Of a DNA stretch of 64,000 nucleotides, positions 45,983-57,296 are shown one piece after another. The number at the start of each line of letters is the position of its first letter. The stretch's first letter is position 1. This DNA comes from Candidatus Moanibacter sp. (GTDB taxonomy: Bacteria > Verrucomicrobiota > Verrucomicrobiia > Opitutales > UBA2987): positions 32,001-96,000 of the forward strand of contig CBDCEW010000093.1 in assembly GCA_965215885.1 (NCBI GenBank), given 5' to 3'. The position numbers were made by a program, and so were the translations under genes. The notes under the pieces were generated by a model. That model made no database searches and was not told the origin of the DNA. It saw nothing but the letters and a program-made list of their open reading frames with translations.

Positions 45983-46525
45983 TCATTCAGCATGCGGGAG
46001 AAGAACGGGAGCTCGCAGGCCCCGAAAAAGTTGCCTGTAGATCTGATTCCTTGGCGGGCGGATCCGGTTTATGTCAAACGATACCGACTCCACATAGGTG
46101 AAGCCGTAACGATAAGAAGCGGCCAGCAGCGGATAAGTGTATCTCCCCTTCCCTTCCAGTCGCTCACTAAGATGTGACAGGTAGAGGATGCCGACCGCGA
46201 TATTGTCTTCCCAATTCCAGGCCCTTCCATAAGCCGCATCTGTAGAGTCGCTCCAGGCCGCCTCGCTCAATTGCATGATTCCCCTCCCTACCCCGCTGTC
46301 AGCACGAGCATTGAGCGAACTCTCAGCCATCGCGATGGCGAAGACGAAAGCCGGGTCAAGATCGTTCTTTCCCGCTTCCCGCTGCACAACACGCCAGACT
46401 TCGCTCTCGAGAATGAATTTCGGCCTTTGCTCGACCCGGACAAAAAGCAGTATGAGCAGCACGATGAGGGCGAGGCAGATGGCGATCCCACGTTCAGTCG
46501 AGACTCTCACCTTGAAACGTCGCAT
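45983..46525 (-). CDS. Lytic transglycosylase (SLT domain)
   Basis: AIAMAESS, GIMQL and N-terminal TM helix. Confidence 0.85.
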   Translation of the reverse strand: MRRFKVRVSTERGIAICLALIVLLILLFVRVEQRPKFILESEVWRVVQREAGKNDLDPAFVFAIAMAESSLNARADSGVGRGIMQLSEAAWSDSTDAAYGRAWNWEDNIAVGILYLSHLSERLEGKGRYTYPLLAASYRYGFTYVESVSFDINRIRPPRNQIYRQLFRGLRAPVLLPHAE

Positions 46526-46627
46526 TAATCAGTCCGATATTAATCGAACGCTATCGAAGCCTTCGTCGAATTTCTATAAAGCTTCTTAAGCGTGTCATCC
46601 AATTTCTGATTATGCTACTAGCTATTT

Positions 46628-46700
46628 TGACCGTGCGACGGAGCGCCCGGTCCACCACTACATCAATCTCGGCGGTGGACCGGGCGCTCCGTCGCACGGT
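46628..46700. repeat. REP doublet upstream of RAYT
   Basis: accgtgcgacggagcgcccggtccacc ... ggtggaccgggcgctccgtcgcacggt inverted pair. Confidence 0.88.
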
Positions 46701-46779
46701 TGGTCCTAATCTAATTCGAGAGCTGTCATAGAGAAGCCTTGCTGATTAACTCCGCTCCCGCAATGCTCCCGACACTTCA

Positions 46780-47256
46780 ATGAAAGAGTACCCTGGGAAA
46801 CTTTACCACAATGTCCCCTCGTGGGTAAAGCCCGGTGCAGTTTATCATATAAGGATTCGATGCCTCCGTGGCAGCCCAGTAGCACTTACCGATACTTTAA
46901 TTGCCCCCAATATTCTGGACTCTGTTCGATTCTACCACAAAAAGAAAAGTTGGTTCTGCCGATTGTTTCTACTCATGCCGGACCATATTCACGCAACAAT
47001 GTCATTCTCACTACTGCATCCTTTTTCAAGAACTGTCGGGAAGTGGAAAGGGTTTCAAAGCGTGAAATTCGGAGTTCAATGGCAAGAGAACTTCTTCGAT
47101 CACCGAATCAGAAGCGATAGAGAACTGGAAGAAAAAGAGGCCTATATTCGAAGAAATACGGTAGCTAAGGGCTTATGCGCGAGACCTCAAGACTGGCCTT
47201 GGGTTATCTCGCCCGCTCAAGAGGAACTCGATGAATTAGAAAGACGCGAAGATTGA
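46780..47256 (+). CDS. REP-associated tyrosine transposase (RAYT, HUH Y1 family)
   Basis: LMPDHIH HUH motif, WQENFFDHRIR, YIRRN, DWPW; flanked by REP doublets. Confidence 0.9.
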   Translation: MKEYPGKLYHNVPSWVKPGAVYHIRIRCLRGSPVALTDTLIAPNILDSVRFYHKKKSWFCRLFLLMPDHIHATMSFSLLHPFSRTVGKWKGFQSVKFGVQWQENFFDHRIRSDRELEEKEAYIRRNTVAKGLCARPQDWPWVISPAQEELDELERRED

Positions 47257-47308
47257 GAAACTGAGGCTTCAAAGCCATTTCATGTCTGCTAAGGATTTAA
47301 AGTCATCT

Positions 47309-47385
47309 ATGACCGTGCGGCGGAGCGCCCGGTCCACCACTAAAGCAATCTCGGCGGTGGACCGGGCGCTCCGTCGCACGGTCAT
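47309..47385. repeat. REP doublet downstream of RAYT
   Basis: Near-identical to 46628-46700. Confidence 0.88.
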
Positions 47386-47477
47386 TTCGGTTCGATTTCC
47401 GAGAAAGACCGCTTACGAATACTTCCACCGATACCTTTTAAGCCTTCCGAGCACTAAAATTCAACAACCTCCGAAAC

Positions 47478-48626
47478 TCATCGGTAAATAAACGTAATTC
47501 GGATCGCCTGCTCTTGGCCGAGAGTCGCGACCATCTCTTCGGTCCACGCTCCAAATGGGGCCGGAGATTGGATGGCGTCTTCACAGATAAGGGTGGCGGC
47601 CCGTCCCGCGGAGGTGAAGATCACGTTCATGTCGCTGATTTGCCCCTCACGTGTAATCTGGTATTCGACAATCACCCGCGTCGAGATCTCCGATTGCGGA
47701 GGAATGAGCTTACTCGCGAGCAGTTGGAACTGAAAGCCTATGGCGTCGAACATCCGCTGTAGATAATCACCAAACTCCTCAAACCGGGCGTCGACTGCAA
47801 TATCACCAATGATAGGCGCCCGGCCCACAGAACGCATGACCGGTCCGGCCAACACACGGGTGGAGAGGCGGGGGCGCGGGCGAGGCTGCTGCGGTTCCGT
47901 CAAGGGCTCAACCGGGATTGCCTCTTCTCCCCGCGGCTCCTCAACAATCTCCTGCTCATCGAGGGTGGAATCAAGGCTGGGCAAGACCTGCACCGCAATA
48001 TTGGGAAATTCGACCGATTCGTCACCGCTATCCGGATCCTCATGCACGCTGGCCAAGCCCTCTTCATCGACCACTTTGTCCCGTTGGAGAAAATCGGGAA
48101 CAGGGGCGGGCGTAGGAGGCATTGTCTGATTCGCAACCTGTTCGTTCCGGTGATTCGTCTCAGGCTGGGGAGGAGGTGACGGAGGAATTGGATCCTGAAT
48201 CATATCTCCATCTACGACCTTGCGCGAGTCCTCCTCTTCGCCGTCGATGAACGGGGTATTCTCAGGTCCTTCGGTTGACTCCTCCACCTGCCCCGCCTGC
48301 TGATCGCGGGCCGCAATATTCCGAGTCTCATCCGGCTCGTTGGTGGGCACATCAGGATTGGTTTCGACAAATTGCATCGCTTCCGGATCGGGCGGCGGAT
48401 CGACGATCACATAGTCAACCTCCCGCTGATAATCCGGTATCGCCGAGAGTGCGGGAGTGAGTTCCCATGGAAGCCCCCAAAAAAGAAAAAGATGGAGCAA
48501 AGATGAAACCAGAAAGGCACCTGTAACAGCTCTCAGATCGAATTCCAGGTCTCCGGAAATCATAAGGAATTCCTGAGCCCCCCGGCTCGAATAGCCCGCC
48601 TGCGAACCTGGCAAAGAGTTGGACAT
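47478..48626 (-). CDS. TonB/TolA-like membrane-anchored protein
   Basis: TM helix with SSLLH, long acidic Pro-rich linker, C-terminal domain ending APFGAW...ITFIY. Confidence 0.65.
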   Translation of the reverse strand: MSNSLPGSQAGYSSRGAQEFLMISGDLEFDLRAVTGAFLVSSLLHLFLFWGLPWELTPALSAIPDYQREVDYVIVDPPPDPEAMQFVETNPDVPTNEPDETRNIAARDQQAGQVEESTEGPENTPFIDGEEEDSRKVVDGDMIQDPIPPSPPPQPETNHRNEQVANQTMPPTPAPVPDFLQRDKVVDEEGLASVHEDPDSGDESVEFPNIAVQVLPSLDSTLDEQEIVEEPRGEEAIPVEPLTEPQQPRPRPRLSTRVLAGPVMRSVGRAPIIGDIAVDARFEEFGDYLQRMFDAIGFQFQLLASKLIPPQSEISTRVIVEYQITREGQISDMNVIFTSAGRAATLICEDAIQSPAPFGAWTEEMVATLGQEQAIRITFIYR

Positions 48627-48996
48627 GTATGAATCCGATCAAATGCTACTTATCGACCAATATGGATTGATATCTAATGAAAGATTGGACCACGGATGTC
48701 ACGGATTTACACGGATGGAAAAGTGAAAAATTGGAAGCGACTAATCCAGAAGGATGCATGCTGCGCGAGACTGGGGACTAAGACAGAGTCGACTTCGCCT
48801 CGCGCGCAGCGCGGTTGAAACGGACAGAAGAGCATTCCCAAAAGCGCTTACCGGAGGTTCAGAATGAAGTCGCGCTTTCGGGAATGCTCTTCTGTCCGTT
48901 TCTCCACTCGCATAAGCGAGTTGGCGAAGGCGAATCCCAATCCGTGTAATCCGTGCCATCCGTGGTTTCTACATTTTCAAAGCTATGACCCCACTA

Positions 48997-49590
48997 CTAA
49001 AGCCTCAGAGGTTCCAAAAGGGCAAACATTTCCAGCAATCGGGCAGTGGCATCGATGGGTAACCCCATAATATTGCTGTGCGAACCCTGCCAGCTCTCTA
49101 TTATCAGTTCGCTACCCTCCTGAATCCCGTAGGCGCCGGCCTTATCTAACGGGTTTACAAGCTTATAATAGCTTTCCATGCATTCTTGATCGAGAGTCCG
49201 AAAAGTTACCCTGCTTGTTTCGCAGATCGACTGAGAAATTTCCCGCTGCCCGAACTTCAGGCATACGCCGGTGTGAACAACATGAGTCTTACCCGATAGT
49301 GCCATCAGCATGGTACGCGCTTGAGCCATGTCTGCCGGTTTACTGAGAATCATCCCATTAAGAACGACCGTCGTGTCCGCGGCCAGGACCGGGCATTCGG
49401 GATGCTTCAAAGCTACAGCTTCCGCCTTAAGGACGCAGTTTTTCAAGACCAACTCCCGCGGATCGGCGGCTGCTTCTTCCCACTCATTCACATCTGCAGG
49501 CATAACACGAAAACGCAGCTTCATCTCCCCAAGCAGTTCCCGTCGCCGCGGCGAGGCCGAAGCCAGGAGCAATGTGAGTTTCTCTTGCAC
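48997..49590 (-). CDS. maf: Maf-family nucleoside triphosphate pyrophosphatase
   Basis: LASASPRRRELL, ADTTV, DKAGAYGIQ, NIMGLP motifs. Confidence 0.93.
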   Translation of the reverse strand: MQEKLTLLLASASPRRRELLGEMKLRFRVMPADVNEWEEAAADPRELVLKNCVLKAEAVALKHPECPVLAADTTVVLNGMILSKPADMAQARTMLMALSGKTHVVHTGVCLKFGQREISQSICETSRVTFRTLDQECMESYYKLVNPLDKAGAYGIQEGSELIIESWQGSHSNIMGLPIDATARLLEMFALLEPLRL

Positions 49591-49676
49591 AGCGTAGTTC
49601 GAACCTAGCCCGGGTACTTAACTCCGTTTGCGCCAAGGCGGTGTACCGAGCGAAGCGACATCCCCCTATACGCGGG

Positions 49677-51002
49677 CTACTGATCACTCAACACCATTTT
49701 AACATCCCCACCCACCGTAGCGAGGTTCAGTCTGCTGATATTAAAGAGGAAAATCGATTCGAGCAATTCATCATTGGAGCCGGCCAATTCCGCTTGCGCA
49801 TCGATTACATCCCTGTTATCGGCCACCCCTTCGGTAAAACGAGTGCGTGCCAGTTCCAGCTCTTCCTCACTGAGGCTGACTTTCCTCTCGGAAATTGCGA
49901 TCTGCTCGTAGCGCGATTCGACATCCTGCACGGCGAGCCTGTAATCTGCACCGACCTGACGCCTGATATCACGTATGGCAATCTCCTGTGCACGCACTAC
50001 CGCATTTGCCCGCAGTCGATTGGAACGAATACGAAATCCTTCAAATAACGGAATCCGAAAGGCTACACCGGCCAACCATGTGTTCCTTTCCGCCCCATCA
50101 AATATCTCAGAAGTTGCATACCCCCATTCTCCAAAGAGACTAACAGCCGGCAACACCTCCAACGAAGCCAGACGAGAAGCAGCCTGATTGCGCTCAAGCT
50201 CGCGCGTGGCCTGTTGATAATCGGGTCTGGCGCTGAGAATGTTCTCCAATTCGATATTGAGTCCGAATAGAGGAAATTTCCGAATGTTACTCAATTGTTG
50301 CAGCTCCAACTCAGCATCGAGATCGACATTCAAGAGCTTTTTCAATCTCAGCTCGCTCTCCATCACAACCGTGTCCTGCTGGATTCGCTCCTTCTGATCT
50401 GATGCCATCTCCACCTCCGCGCGAGTCACATCGATCTGCGTGGCCACCCCCGCACGAAGCTGGTTTTGGGCGAGATCGAGAAGGACTCGATCCCGTTCGA
50501 TATTGGCATCGAGAAGCTTGATGCGGAAACGGTTTCGCAAGTGAGTGAAGTAGGCCGCCGTGGTTTCATTCAATACCACCTGGAGAACACTATCATAGTT
50601 CAACTGAGAAATGTCATAATCAAACTTCGAGAGGCGCCATTTGGCCAGACTGCTCACATCAAACAGGGGTATACTCCCTGTGAATTTAGCGTCGAAACGA
50701 TTTGACGGCGGCTGATCCGGAAACTCGAAGCCACGTCCTACGTTCGCGAACTTGCTCCGCAGTTGAGTGGCCTGAAAATCAAAACGAGGAAGCAGTTGGG
50801 AACGCGCGCCAAAGGCAATCCGTAGCGCCTCTTCCACCGCTTCTCTCCTGATCAGGATCTGATAGTTCTCCGCTTCGATTATCTCGAAAGCATCGCGCAG
50901 GGAGAGTTCCACTCTCTCCCCACGGCAGGTAATGGCGCTGACACCTACGCTGAGAGTTACCACAAACAATAATTTATATATAGACTTGTCTTGAGAATTC
51001 AT
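49677..51002 (-). CDS. TolC-family outer membrane protein
   Basis: Signal peptide and two OEP-like halves (IPLFD / IPLFEG; GVATQIDV / GVADNRDV). Confidence 0.88.
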   Translation of the reverse strand: MNSQDKSIYKLLFVVTLSVGVSAITCRGERVELSLRDAFEIIEAENYQILIRREAVEEALRIAFGARSQLLPRFDFQATQLRSKFANVGRGFEFPDQPPSNRFDAKFTGSIPLFDVSSLAKWRLSKFDYDISQLNYDSVLQVVLNETTAAYFTHLRNRFRIKLLDANIERDRVLLDLAQNQLRAGVATQIDVTRAEVEMASDQKERIQQDTVVMESELRLKKLLNVDLDAELELQQLSNIRKFPLFGLNIELENILSARPDYQQATRELERNQAASRLASLEVLPAVSLFGEWGYATSEIFDGAERNTWLAGVAFRIPLFEGFRIRSNRLRANAVVRAQEIAIRDIRRQVGADYRLAVQDVESRYEQIAISERKVSLSEEELELARTRFTEGVADNRDVIDAQAELAGSNDELLESIFLFNISRLNLATVGGDVKMVLSDQ

Positions 51003-51135
51003 TGGCTATTGGAGTCTAGTGAGAATGACGTGCACAAATTTGCGATCGATCCCGATTGTTGCTGCCGAACTTCAATACTTCGGTGACCAGGCCCAACCGT
51101 CATTCCATAAAAACTTCCCGGCTTGATATTGAGCA

Positions 51136-52776
51136 ATGAAAATCGGTATCGCCCAGATCAATACCACCGTTGGTGACCTCCAGGGTAATCGAGAGAAAAT
51201 CGTCCAGGCCTACCGGCAGCTCTGCAAAGATGGCGCCGAGTTGGTCATCTCTCCGGAGTTGGTCGTCACCGGATATCCTCCCAGAGACCTGATTTTCAAG
51301 TCACGTTTTGTTCCCGACAACGAAGCCTCCCTCAAGGAGATCGCCACTCAATGCTCGGAGATACCTCTCCTGGCGGGTTTCGTGGCACCCAACGCTTCGT
51401 CAACAGGGCGGAGATTCCACAATGCGGCGGCATGGTGTGAGAATGGAGTGGTGAAGAGGATTTTCCGCAAATGCCTTCTTCCAACTTACGATGTATTTGA
51501 CGAGGATCGTTATTTTCAGGGCGCGGAAGAACCCGGTATTATCGAGTACCGCGACTCGCGTTTGGGAATTACGATCTGCGAAGACATATGGACGGCTTCA
51601 TTTATCGATACCCGGCATCGCTACGATATCGACCCTGTCGAATTTTTCGCCGCGGCGAAGATTGATCTGCTCCTGAACCTTTCCGCCAGCCCCTGGCATT
51701 ACGGTAAGGACTGCATTCGGGAGGAGCTTGTCACGAGCGCTGCCACCCGCTGCGGTTGCACCGCCGTCTACTGCAACGCCGTCGGCGGCAACGACGAACT
51801 CATTTTTGACGGACACAGCCTGGCAGCCACTCGAGATGGAGAGATTCTCGGCGGTTTGGCCGGATTCGCGGAAGAGTTGCGGGTTGTTGATACGCAGGAG
51901 AGGTCTCCCCATCTCTCAGCATCTTTTCGACAGGAGGAGATCGAGGACATCCATGATGCGCTCGTTCTGGGCCTACGCGATTATGCACACAAGTGCGGGT
52001 TCAAAAAGGGTTTACTGGGACTCAGTGGAGGAATCGACTCGAGCGTCACGGCCGCTTTGGCCGTAGAGGCTCTCGGCAGCGAGAACGTGATTGGAATCAG
52101 TTTGCCCTCGGCCATTTCGAGTCAACACAGCGTGGACGACGCTGACGCCCTCGCGCAAAATCTCGGTATTGAGTATAATACATTGCCCATTGCCGAGATC
52201 GTCGCAGCAGCGGAAAAAACCCTGCAACCCCTATTCGAGGGTCTGGCCGCTGATGTCACGGAAGAGAACCTCCAGGCGCGGAGCCGCGGTCTCCTCTTAA
52301 TGGCCGTCTCCAACAAATTTGGAGCGCTCCTCCTTACGACCGGCAACAAGAGTGAACTGGCCGTGGGTTACTGCACCCTTTACGGCGACATGTGCGGCGG
52401 TTTGGCCGTAATTTCGGATCTTCCGAAAATAAAGGTCTACGATCTGGCACGGTGGATTAATCGCGACCGTGAGATAATTCCGATTAATTCTATCGAGAAA
52501 CCCCCTTCAGCGGAACTGCGGCCAGACCAGAAAGATGAAGATTCCCTGCCCCCCTATGAAGTGCTCGATGAGATCCTGCGCCTCTACGTGGAGGAGGGAA
52601 ACTCAGCTGCTGAGATTGTCGAGGCGGGCTTTGACTCTACAGTGGTGCGCGAGACCATCCGCAAGGTCGACCTCAATGAAATCAAGCGAAAACAGGCCGC
52701 CCCCGGGCTTAAGATTACACCCCTCGCCTTTGGCGTAGGCCGGCGAATCCCAATCGTGCAACGCTATGTGAGCTGA
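51136..52776 (+). CDS. nadE: Glutamine-dependent NAD+ synthetase
   Basis: N-terminal CN-hydrolase domain (ICEDIW), [20 protein letters not shown]. Confidence 0.95.
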   Translation: MKIGIAQINTTVGDLQGNREKIVQAYRQLCKDGAELVISPELVVTGYPPRDLIFKSRFVPDNEASLKEIATQCSEIPLLAGFVAPNASSTGRRFHNAAAWCENGVVKRIFRKCLLPTYDVFDEDRYFQGAEEPGIIEYRDSRLGITICEDIWTASFIDTRHRYDIDPVEFFAAAKIDLLLNLSASPWHYGKDCIREELVTSAATRCGCTAVYCNAVGGNDELIFDGHSLAATRDGEILGGLAGFAEELRVVDTQERSPHLSASFRQEEIEDIHDALVLGLRDYAHKCGFKKGLLGLSGGIDSSVTAALAVEALGSENVIGISLPSAISSQHSVDDADALAQNLGIEYNTLPIAEIVAAAEKTLQPLFEGLAADVTEENLQARSRGLLLMAVSNKFGALLLTTGNKSELAVGYCTLYGDMCGGLAVISDLPKIKVYDLARWINRDREIIPINSIEKPPSAELRPDQKDEDSLPPYEVLDEILRLYVEEGNSAAEIVEAGFDSTVVRETIRKVDLNEIKRKQAAPGLKITPLAFGVGRRIPIVQRYVS

Positions 52777-54053
52777 TGAGCATTTCCTCCGATCTTTTCG
52801 AAAAAGCCCTGCGTCTGATGCCGGGAGGGGTAAATTCGCCGGTGCGCGCATTTAGGTCCGTCGGCGGCGCACCTTTTTTTACAACCAGCGCCAACGGTGC
52901 GATTCTGACAACAGCTGATTACACCGAACTGATCGACTTCGTCTCCACCTGGGGGCCCGCCATTCACGGACACAACCATCCCGTTATCCGAACCGCCATC
53001 GCGGAAGCTCTCGAACGCGGAACGAGCTTCGGTACCCCGAATCCTTATGAAGTGGAAATGGCCGAATTGATTGTTGATATGGTACCCTCAATCGAGAAGG
53101 TGCGAATGTGCAATAGTGGCACGGAGGCAACGATGAGTTGTATCCGATTGGCACGCGGTTACACCAACCGCCCGAAGATAGTAAAATTCGCCGGTTGCTA
53201 CCATGGACACGTCGATTCCCTCCTCGTAAAAGCGGGATCGGGAGCGCTTACTTTCGGGCATCCCGACAGCGCCGGTATTCCGGAGTCTTTCGCCCGAGAG
53301 ACGCTCGTCTGCAACCTCAATGATGTGTCCTCTGTGACCACCGCGTTCGAAAATTTCGGACCCCGGATAGCAGGGGTAATCATTGAGCCCTATGCCGCCA
53401 ATAACTGCCTCATTCTTCCTGATCCAGGCTTCCTGCAGGTACTTCGCGATCGCTGCGCCGAATACGAGTGTGTCCTCATATTCGACGAAGTAATGACTGG
53501 TTTCCGGGTGGGGCTGGGAGGAGTGCAGGAAAAGGATGGAGTAGTTCCCGACCTTACTGCGCTTGGAAAGATTATCGGTGGGGGCCTCCCCGTCGGAGCA
53601 TTCGGAGGAAAGTCGGAAATTCTCGATTTTCTGGCGCCCGATGGGCCAGTATATCAGGCCGGAACTCTGAGTGGGAATCCACTCGCCATGGCCGCGGGGA
53701 TCGCTGCCCTCAAGTTGCTTCGCGAGACCGACCCTTACGGCCGGCTCGAAGCCATGGGTGAACAAATTGCCGAGAGCGTCGGGGAAGCTGCGCGGATGAA
53801 AGGTTTACCCATTCAGGTGCCTCAGGCAGGCTCCATGTTTTCGCTCATTTTCGCGGAAGAACCAGTGCGTGACCTTGAAGGCGCCACCGCCTCGAATACT
53901 GAAAATTTCAACGCCCTTTTTCGCTACGCCCTCGACCATGGCGTCTACCTTCCGCCGTCGGCCTTTGAAACCTGCTTCATCAGTACCGCCCACACCCAGG
54001 ATACGATCGACAAAGCCTCTGAAATCCTGGCTGAGGGTGTGAGGTCGATTTAG
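52776..54053 (+). CDS. hemL: Glutamate-1-semialdehyde 2,1-aminomutase
   Basis: [39 protein letters not shown]. Confidence 0.97.
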   Translation: MSISSDLFEKALRLMPGGVNSPVRAFRSVGGAPFFTTSANGAILTTADYTELIDFVSTWGPAIHGHNHPVIRTAIAEALERGTSFGTPNPYEVEMAELIVDMVPSIEKVRMCNSGTEATMSCIRLARGYTNRPKIVKFAGCYHGHVDSLLVKAGSGALTFGHPDSAGIPESFARETLVCNLNDVSSVTTAFENFGPRIAGVIIEPYAANNCLILPDPGFLQVLRDRCAEYECVLIFDEVMTGFRVGLGGVQEKDGVVPDLTALGKIIGGGLPVGAFGGKSEILDFLAPDGPVYQAGTLSGNPLAMAAGIAALKLLRETDPYGRLEAMGEQIAESVGEAARMKGLPIQVPQAGSMFSLIFAEEPVRDLEGATASNTENFNALFRYALDHGVYLPPSAFETCFISTAHTQDTIDKASEILAEGVRSI

Positions 54054-54309
54054 CCCGCTTTTCCGCAAATTCGCTAATCGCCCATCGACTACGAGCTAAG
54101 AGTTGCCATCCTTGCACAACTTCGTCGTAAGCATTGTCGTAAACTTTGTCGCAAGCTTCGTCGCCCTTTTCGTTCACTTTCGACAAATTTTGCGACGAGG
54201 CTTACGACAAGGTTATTTTTCGCAGCTTCACTTCCCTCCCTTTCGCGCATTTTCGCGTGTTTAGCGGGCACTCCTCTTCAAGAACGAGCACGAGCACGAA
54301 TTCCCCCAA

Positions 54310-55182
54310 TTACTTCCCCCAGCCCCGCAACCTGCCCATCCAAACCCTTTCAATCTCTCCTCGAGCGACGATCGCGTCCTTCCACACATCCGGAAAACAA
54401 TCCAGGGCGTAACCGGATCCCTTGGGCCCCAGTTCCACGACGGCGTAGAGGGTCTTTCCCGCCCTTGCCCCGGCCAACCAGGCGCCCAGGGCAGGACGCA
54501 GAAAATTATCGCGCCACGCCATAAAATCCGCATCCAGCTTACCGCGACCGTTAGTAATGGGAGTCTGACAGTGGCTCCCGGTAAAAGTGCGAAAGTGGAT
54601 AAGCTCGCTCATCTTAAATAAATCCAGCCGGCGTTCCGACAGGCGCAGCCAGAAATGGGCCGGTGCGAGCTGCTTGATTATAGCCGGGTGGGAATGGTCG
54701 AAATTCATGCGCAGCTTCTCCTTGTAGCGCTTCTGATAGGCATCGGCCAAATCCAAGGCCTTCTCCGGAGTTTCGGTGCAGGTGTCCCGGTGCCACTCGA
54801 TCGCCGGTTGTATTCCCATATTCTTTCCCGCTTCCATCACCATGCGCGCTATCGGCATCGACTTTGCAGTCGGTGTATCGTGATCACAAAGCTGGACGTT
54901 CACATGCTTCACCCCTAAATCCCTGAAAGCCTGCAACTTGGGTTCGGCTTCCACCGCTTTGCCAACATCCACCCCGCCGATCAGGGTGAGACCATATTTC
55001 ACGCATGCCTCCGCGATAGCCGGTTCCGCCCCGGAGCTGAAGCCGTCAAAACCCGCCTCCTTGACGCGTTTTATCTTGGTCTCGATGCTCCACTCCTTTT
55101 CAGCAGATGGATAGTTCCTCAGCGTCCAGGCGGCGGCGCAAAGTTTCAGTTGCGGTTTGCTCGAGGCTTCCTTCTTGGCCAT
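54310..55182 (-). CDS. Xylose-isomerase-like TIM barrel protein
   Basis: IEWHR, DHSH, IHFR and VVELGP motifs. Confidence 0.65.
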   Translation of the reverse strand: MAKKEASSKPQLKLCAAAWTLRNYPSAEKEWSIETKIKRVKEAGFDGFSSGAEPAIAEACVKYGLTLIGGVDVGKAVEAEPKLQAFRDLGVKHVNVQLCDHDTPTAKSMPIARMVMEAGKNMGIQPAIEWHRDTCTETPEKALDLADAYQKRYKEKLRMNFDHSHPAIIKQLAPAHFWLRLSERRLDLFKMSELIHFRTFTGSHCQTPITNGRGKLDADFMAWRDNFLRPALGAWLAGARAGKTLYAVVELGPKGSGYALDCFPDVWKDAIVARGEIERVWMGRLRGWGK

Positions 55183-55722
55183 TGTATTCCTCTTTCGTTG
55201 TCGTTAGTCCAGGTATGAACGAGATTTTCTCGAATTTGAGGAGATTACGCACGGAACGACCTTCGTCAAGACTCCCCAAGTCTTAATCGTCGTTATAATC
55301 GTAGTCGAAAATCGAAAGATCGACTGAAGATCACGGCCTGCCATGAGCCTGTCGAATGGATTGAGAGGCACGATGGAAGAGGGGGAACCTGTTCGATCTT
55401 CTGTCATGATCGAATTTCGACCTTTGACTACGATTACGACTTTCGAGCGAACCTCTCGCCCAATCCTAATTCGGCGTAGCACCGTCGAACTGCTGCGCGA
55501 TTCGGACCTTTTCCATGGCTTGGTGAGAAAGTGGCTGCCGAATCAGGTATGCAGATCCCCAGCTAACGATATTTCGACAGAGCTTACGACGAAGTTGACG
55601 ACAAAGCTCAGGATGTCTCGGTCCTACTTCGGAGACCGACCATCGACTACGATTACGACCACGACCTTCGTGTGAACCTCCATCAAATCCCAATCGTCAT
55701 CAAGATCGATTCCGAATCCTCA

Positions 55723-56838
55723 TCAAGAGATTTCAAAATGCCTACCCTGAACGCAGGTGATGCCGTCCGGCTCCTGTCCGTAGTAACAACAGAATAGCTT
55801 TCCCGGTTCATATTCAATCGTTGTGGGATAACCCAGATCCCCATTAGGAAGATCGTCGCGAATGATGATTTCTTCATCGAGTTCCCAACTTCGACCTCCA
55901 TCTTCCGAAAGGCAGGCACGAATTCCGAAGGGCTCCACACGTCGGCCATAAGTACAAAGGAGCCTGCCGTCCCGAAGGACGAGCAGCTGCCCGGGATGAC
56001 CAAAAATGGCGGTTTTTTCGTAACCGCTCCAACTCTCTCCTCCGTTGTGGGAGCGGCAATCGTGAAGGTAGCCCGTATCGTTGCGAAGGATACAGAAAAT
56101 CTCCCCGGGTGAAACTTCGGCAATATCGGGTTCACCGAAGAGAAGATCCGGGCAATCGCAAATCACTTTCGGTTCCGTCCACGATACTCCGCCGTCGGAG
56201 GAAAAGACGATGTATGTATGGCGACTGGTGGGAGGATGGTGCTCAGTCGCCGCATATGCCAGTCGTCCGTCAGCCAGTTCGATGACCCCGGTCCTCGTGT
56301 AACCATCGCGAAAAGGATCCGTGTCAATCTTGATTGTTTCATCAAAGAGGTATCCGCCATCCCTGCTCAAGTGATGGTAAAGTCCATGATAACCACGCGC
56401 CCACGGGTAGCATGCTTCCTCCCACTCTTCATCGGAAAATTCCTCTGTCCAACCCCGGTTCGGGAGATTGATCGAGATCGGTTCACCCTCTGCCCGTCTT
56501 TTCTTTGCAAGGGGGAGCGGATACCAGCCGAAGCGGAACTGAGAAAGTATGATTGTGCCGTTATTAATCTGAGCAATTCCCGGACACTCGGTTCCGTACC
56601 AGTCGAAGTCGGGCGCGAAGACCGGTTCCTGCCAGGTTTCCCCGCGATCGGTCGATCGGCAGAGAAGGGTTCGAAAAAGGGGATCGCTTGGCGGATGCAT
56701 CCTCCGCTCTCGCCGCCTGGAATGATTGAATGCGGCAAGCCAATCTCCATTCTTCAAGCCCGTTATGGACGGATGCGAAATATAGGCATAAGGATCCTTA
56801 TGAACGATCCGATTTTGGCCAATTGTATGATCTTTCAT
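55723..56838 (-). CDS. BNR/Asp-box sialidase-family protein
   Basis: Repeated SxDxGxTW boxes; DLGYP near the C-terminus. Confidence 0.85.
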   Translation of the reverse strand: MKDHTIGQNRIVHKDPYAYISHPSITGLKNGDWLAAFNHSRRRERRMHPPSDPLFRTLLCRSTDRGETWQEPVFAPDFDWYGTECPGIAQINNGTIILSQFRFGWYPLPLAKKRRAEGEPISINLPNRGWTEEFSDEEWEEACYPWARGYHGLYHHLSRDGGYLFDETIKIDTDPFRDGYTRTGVIELADGRLAYAATEHHPPTSRHTYIVFSSDGGVSWTEPKVICDCPDLLFGEPDIAEVSPGEIFCILRNDTGYLHDCRSHNGGESWSGYEKTAIFGHPGQLLVLRDGRLLCTYGRRVEPFGIRACLSEDGGRSWELDEEIIIRDDLPNGDLGYPTTIEYEPGKLFCCYYGQEPDGITCVQGRHFEIS

Positions 56839-57296
56839 GCAAAGTTCTAAGCTATTCGCAGAATATCGGGCTGATGTTCAAACAATTTCGCTCCGTTCTT
56901 CAATTAAGAATGTCTCGCTCTCTTATTATACATTTTTAAGAAATGTTAAATAATAATGAATTCTCAATTATAAATCTCACGAATCAGCCACCAGCGCCCC
57001 CCTTCCATCTTCGCCCGGAAGGATGTTCATACACCCAAACTTTCGTTATCGGCTCACTGAATTTGCGGTTTTCAATTTCCTCACTCCTAATCCGTTGCTC
57101 TTCTTTATTCCTCTGCTCACTCTCCCCATCCGTGGTACTGCGGAGCTCCCGGCTCGCCGGGATGGGAGCATATCTCTTCTCTAAATCGCTGCTAACTGTT
57201 GGACCATCGTCCTCCCGGCAATCGCAGCTAAAAGAGGTTTGGCCAGTATTAACTTGACCAAATGGACAAGCAGAGGAGAAAATTCGAGTTCAGCCA

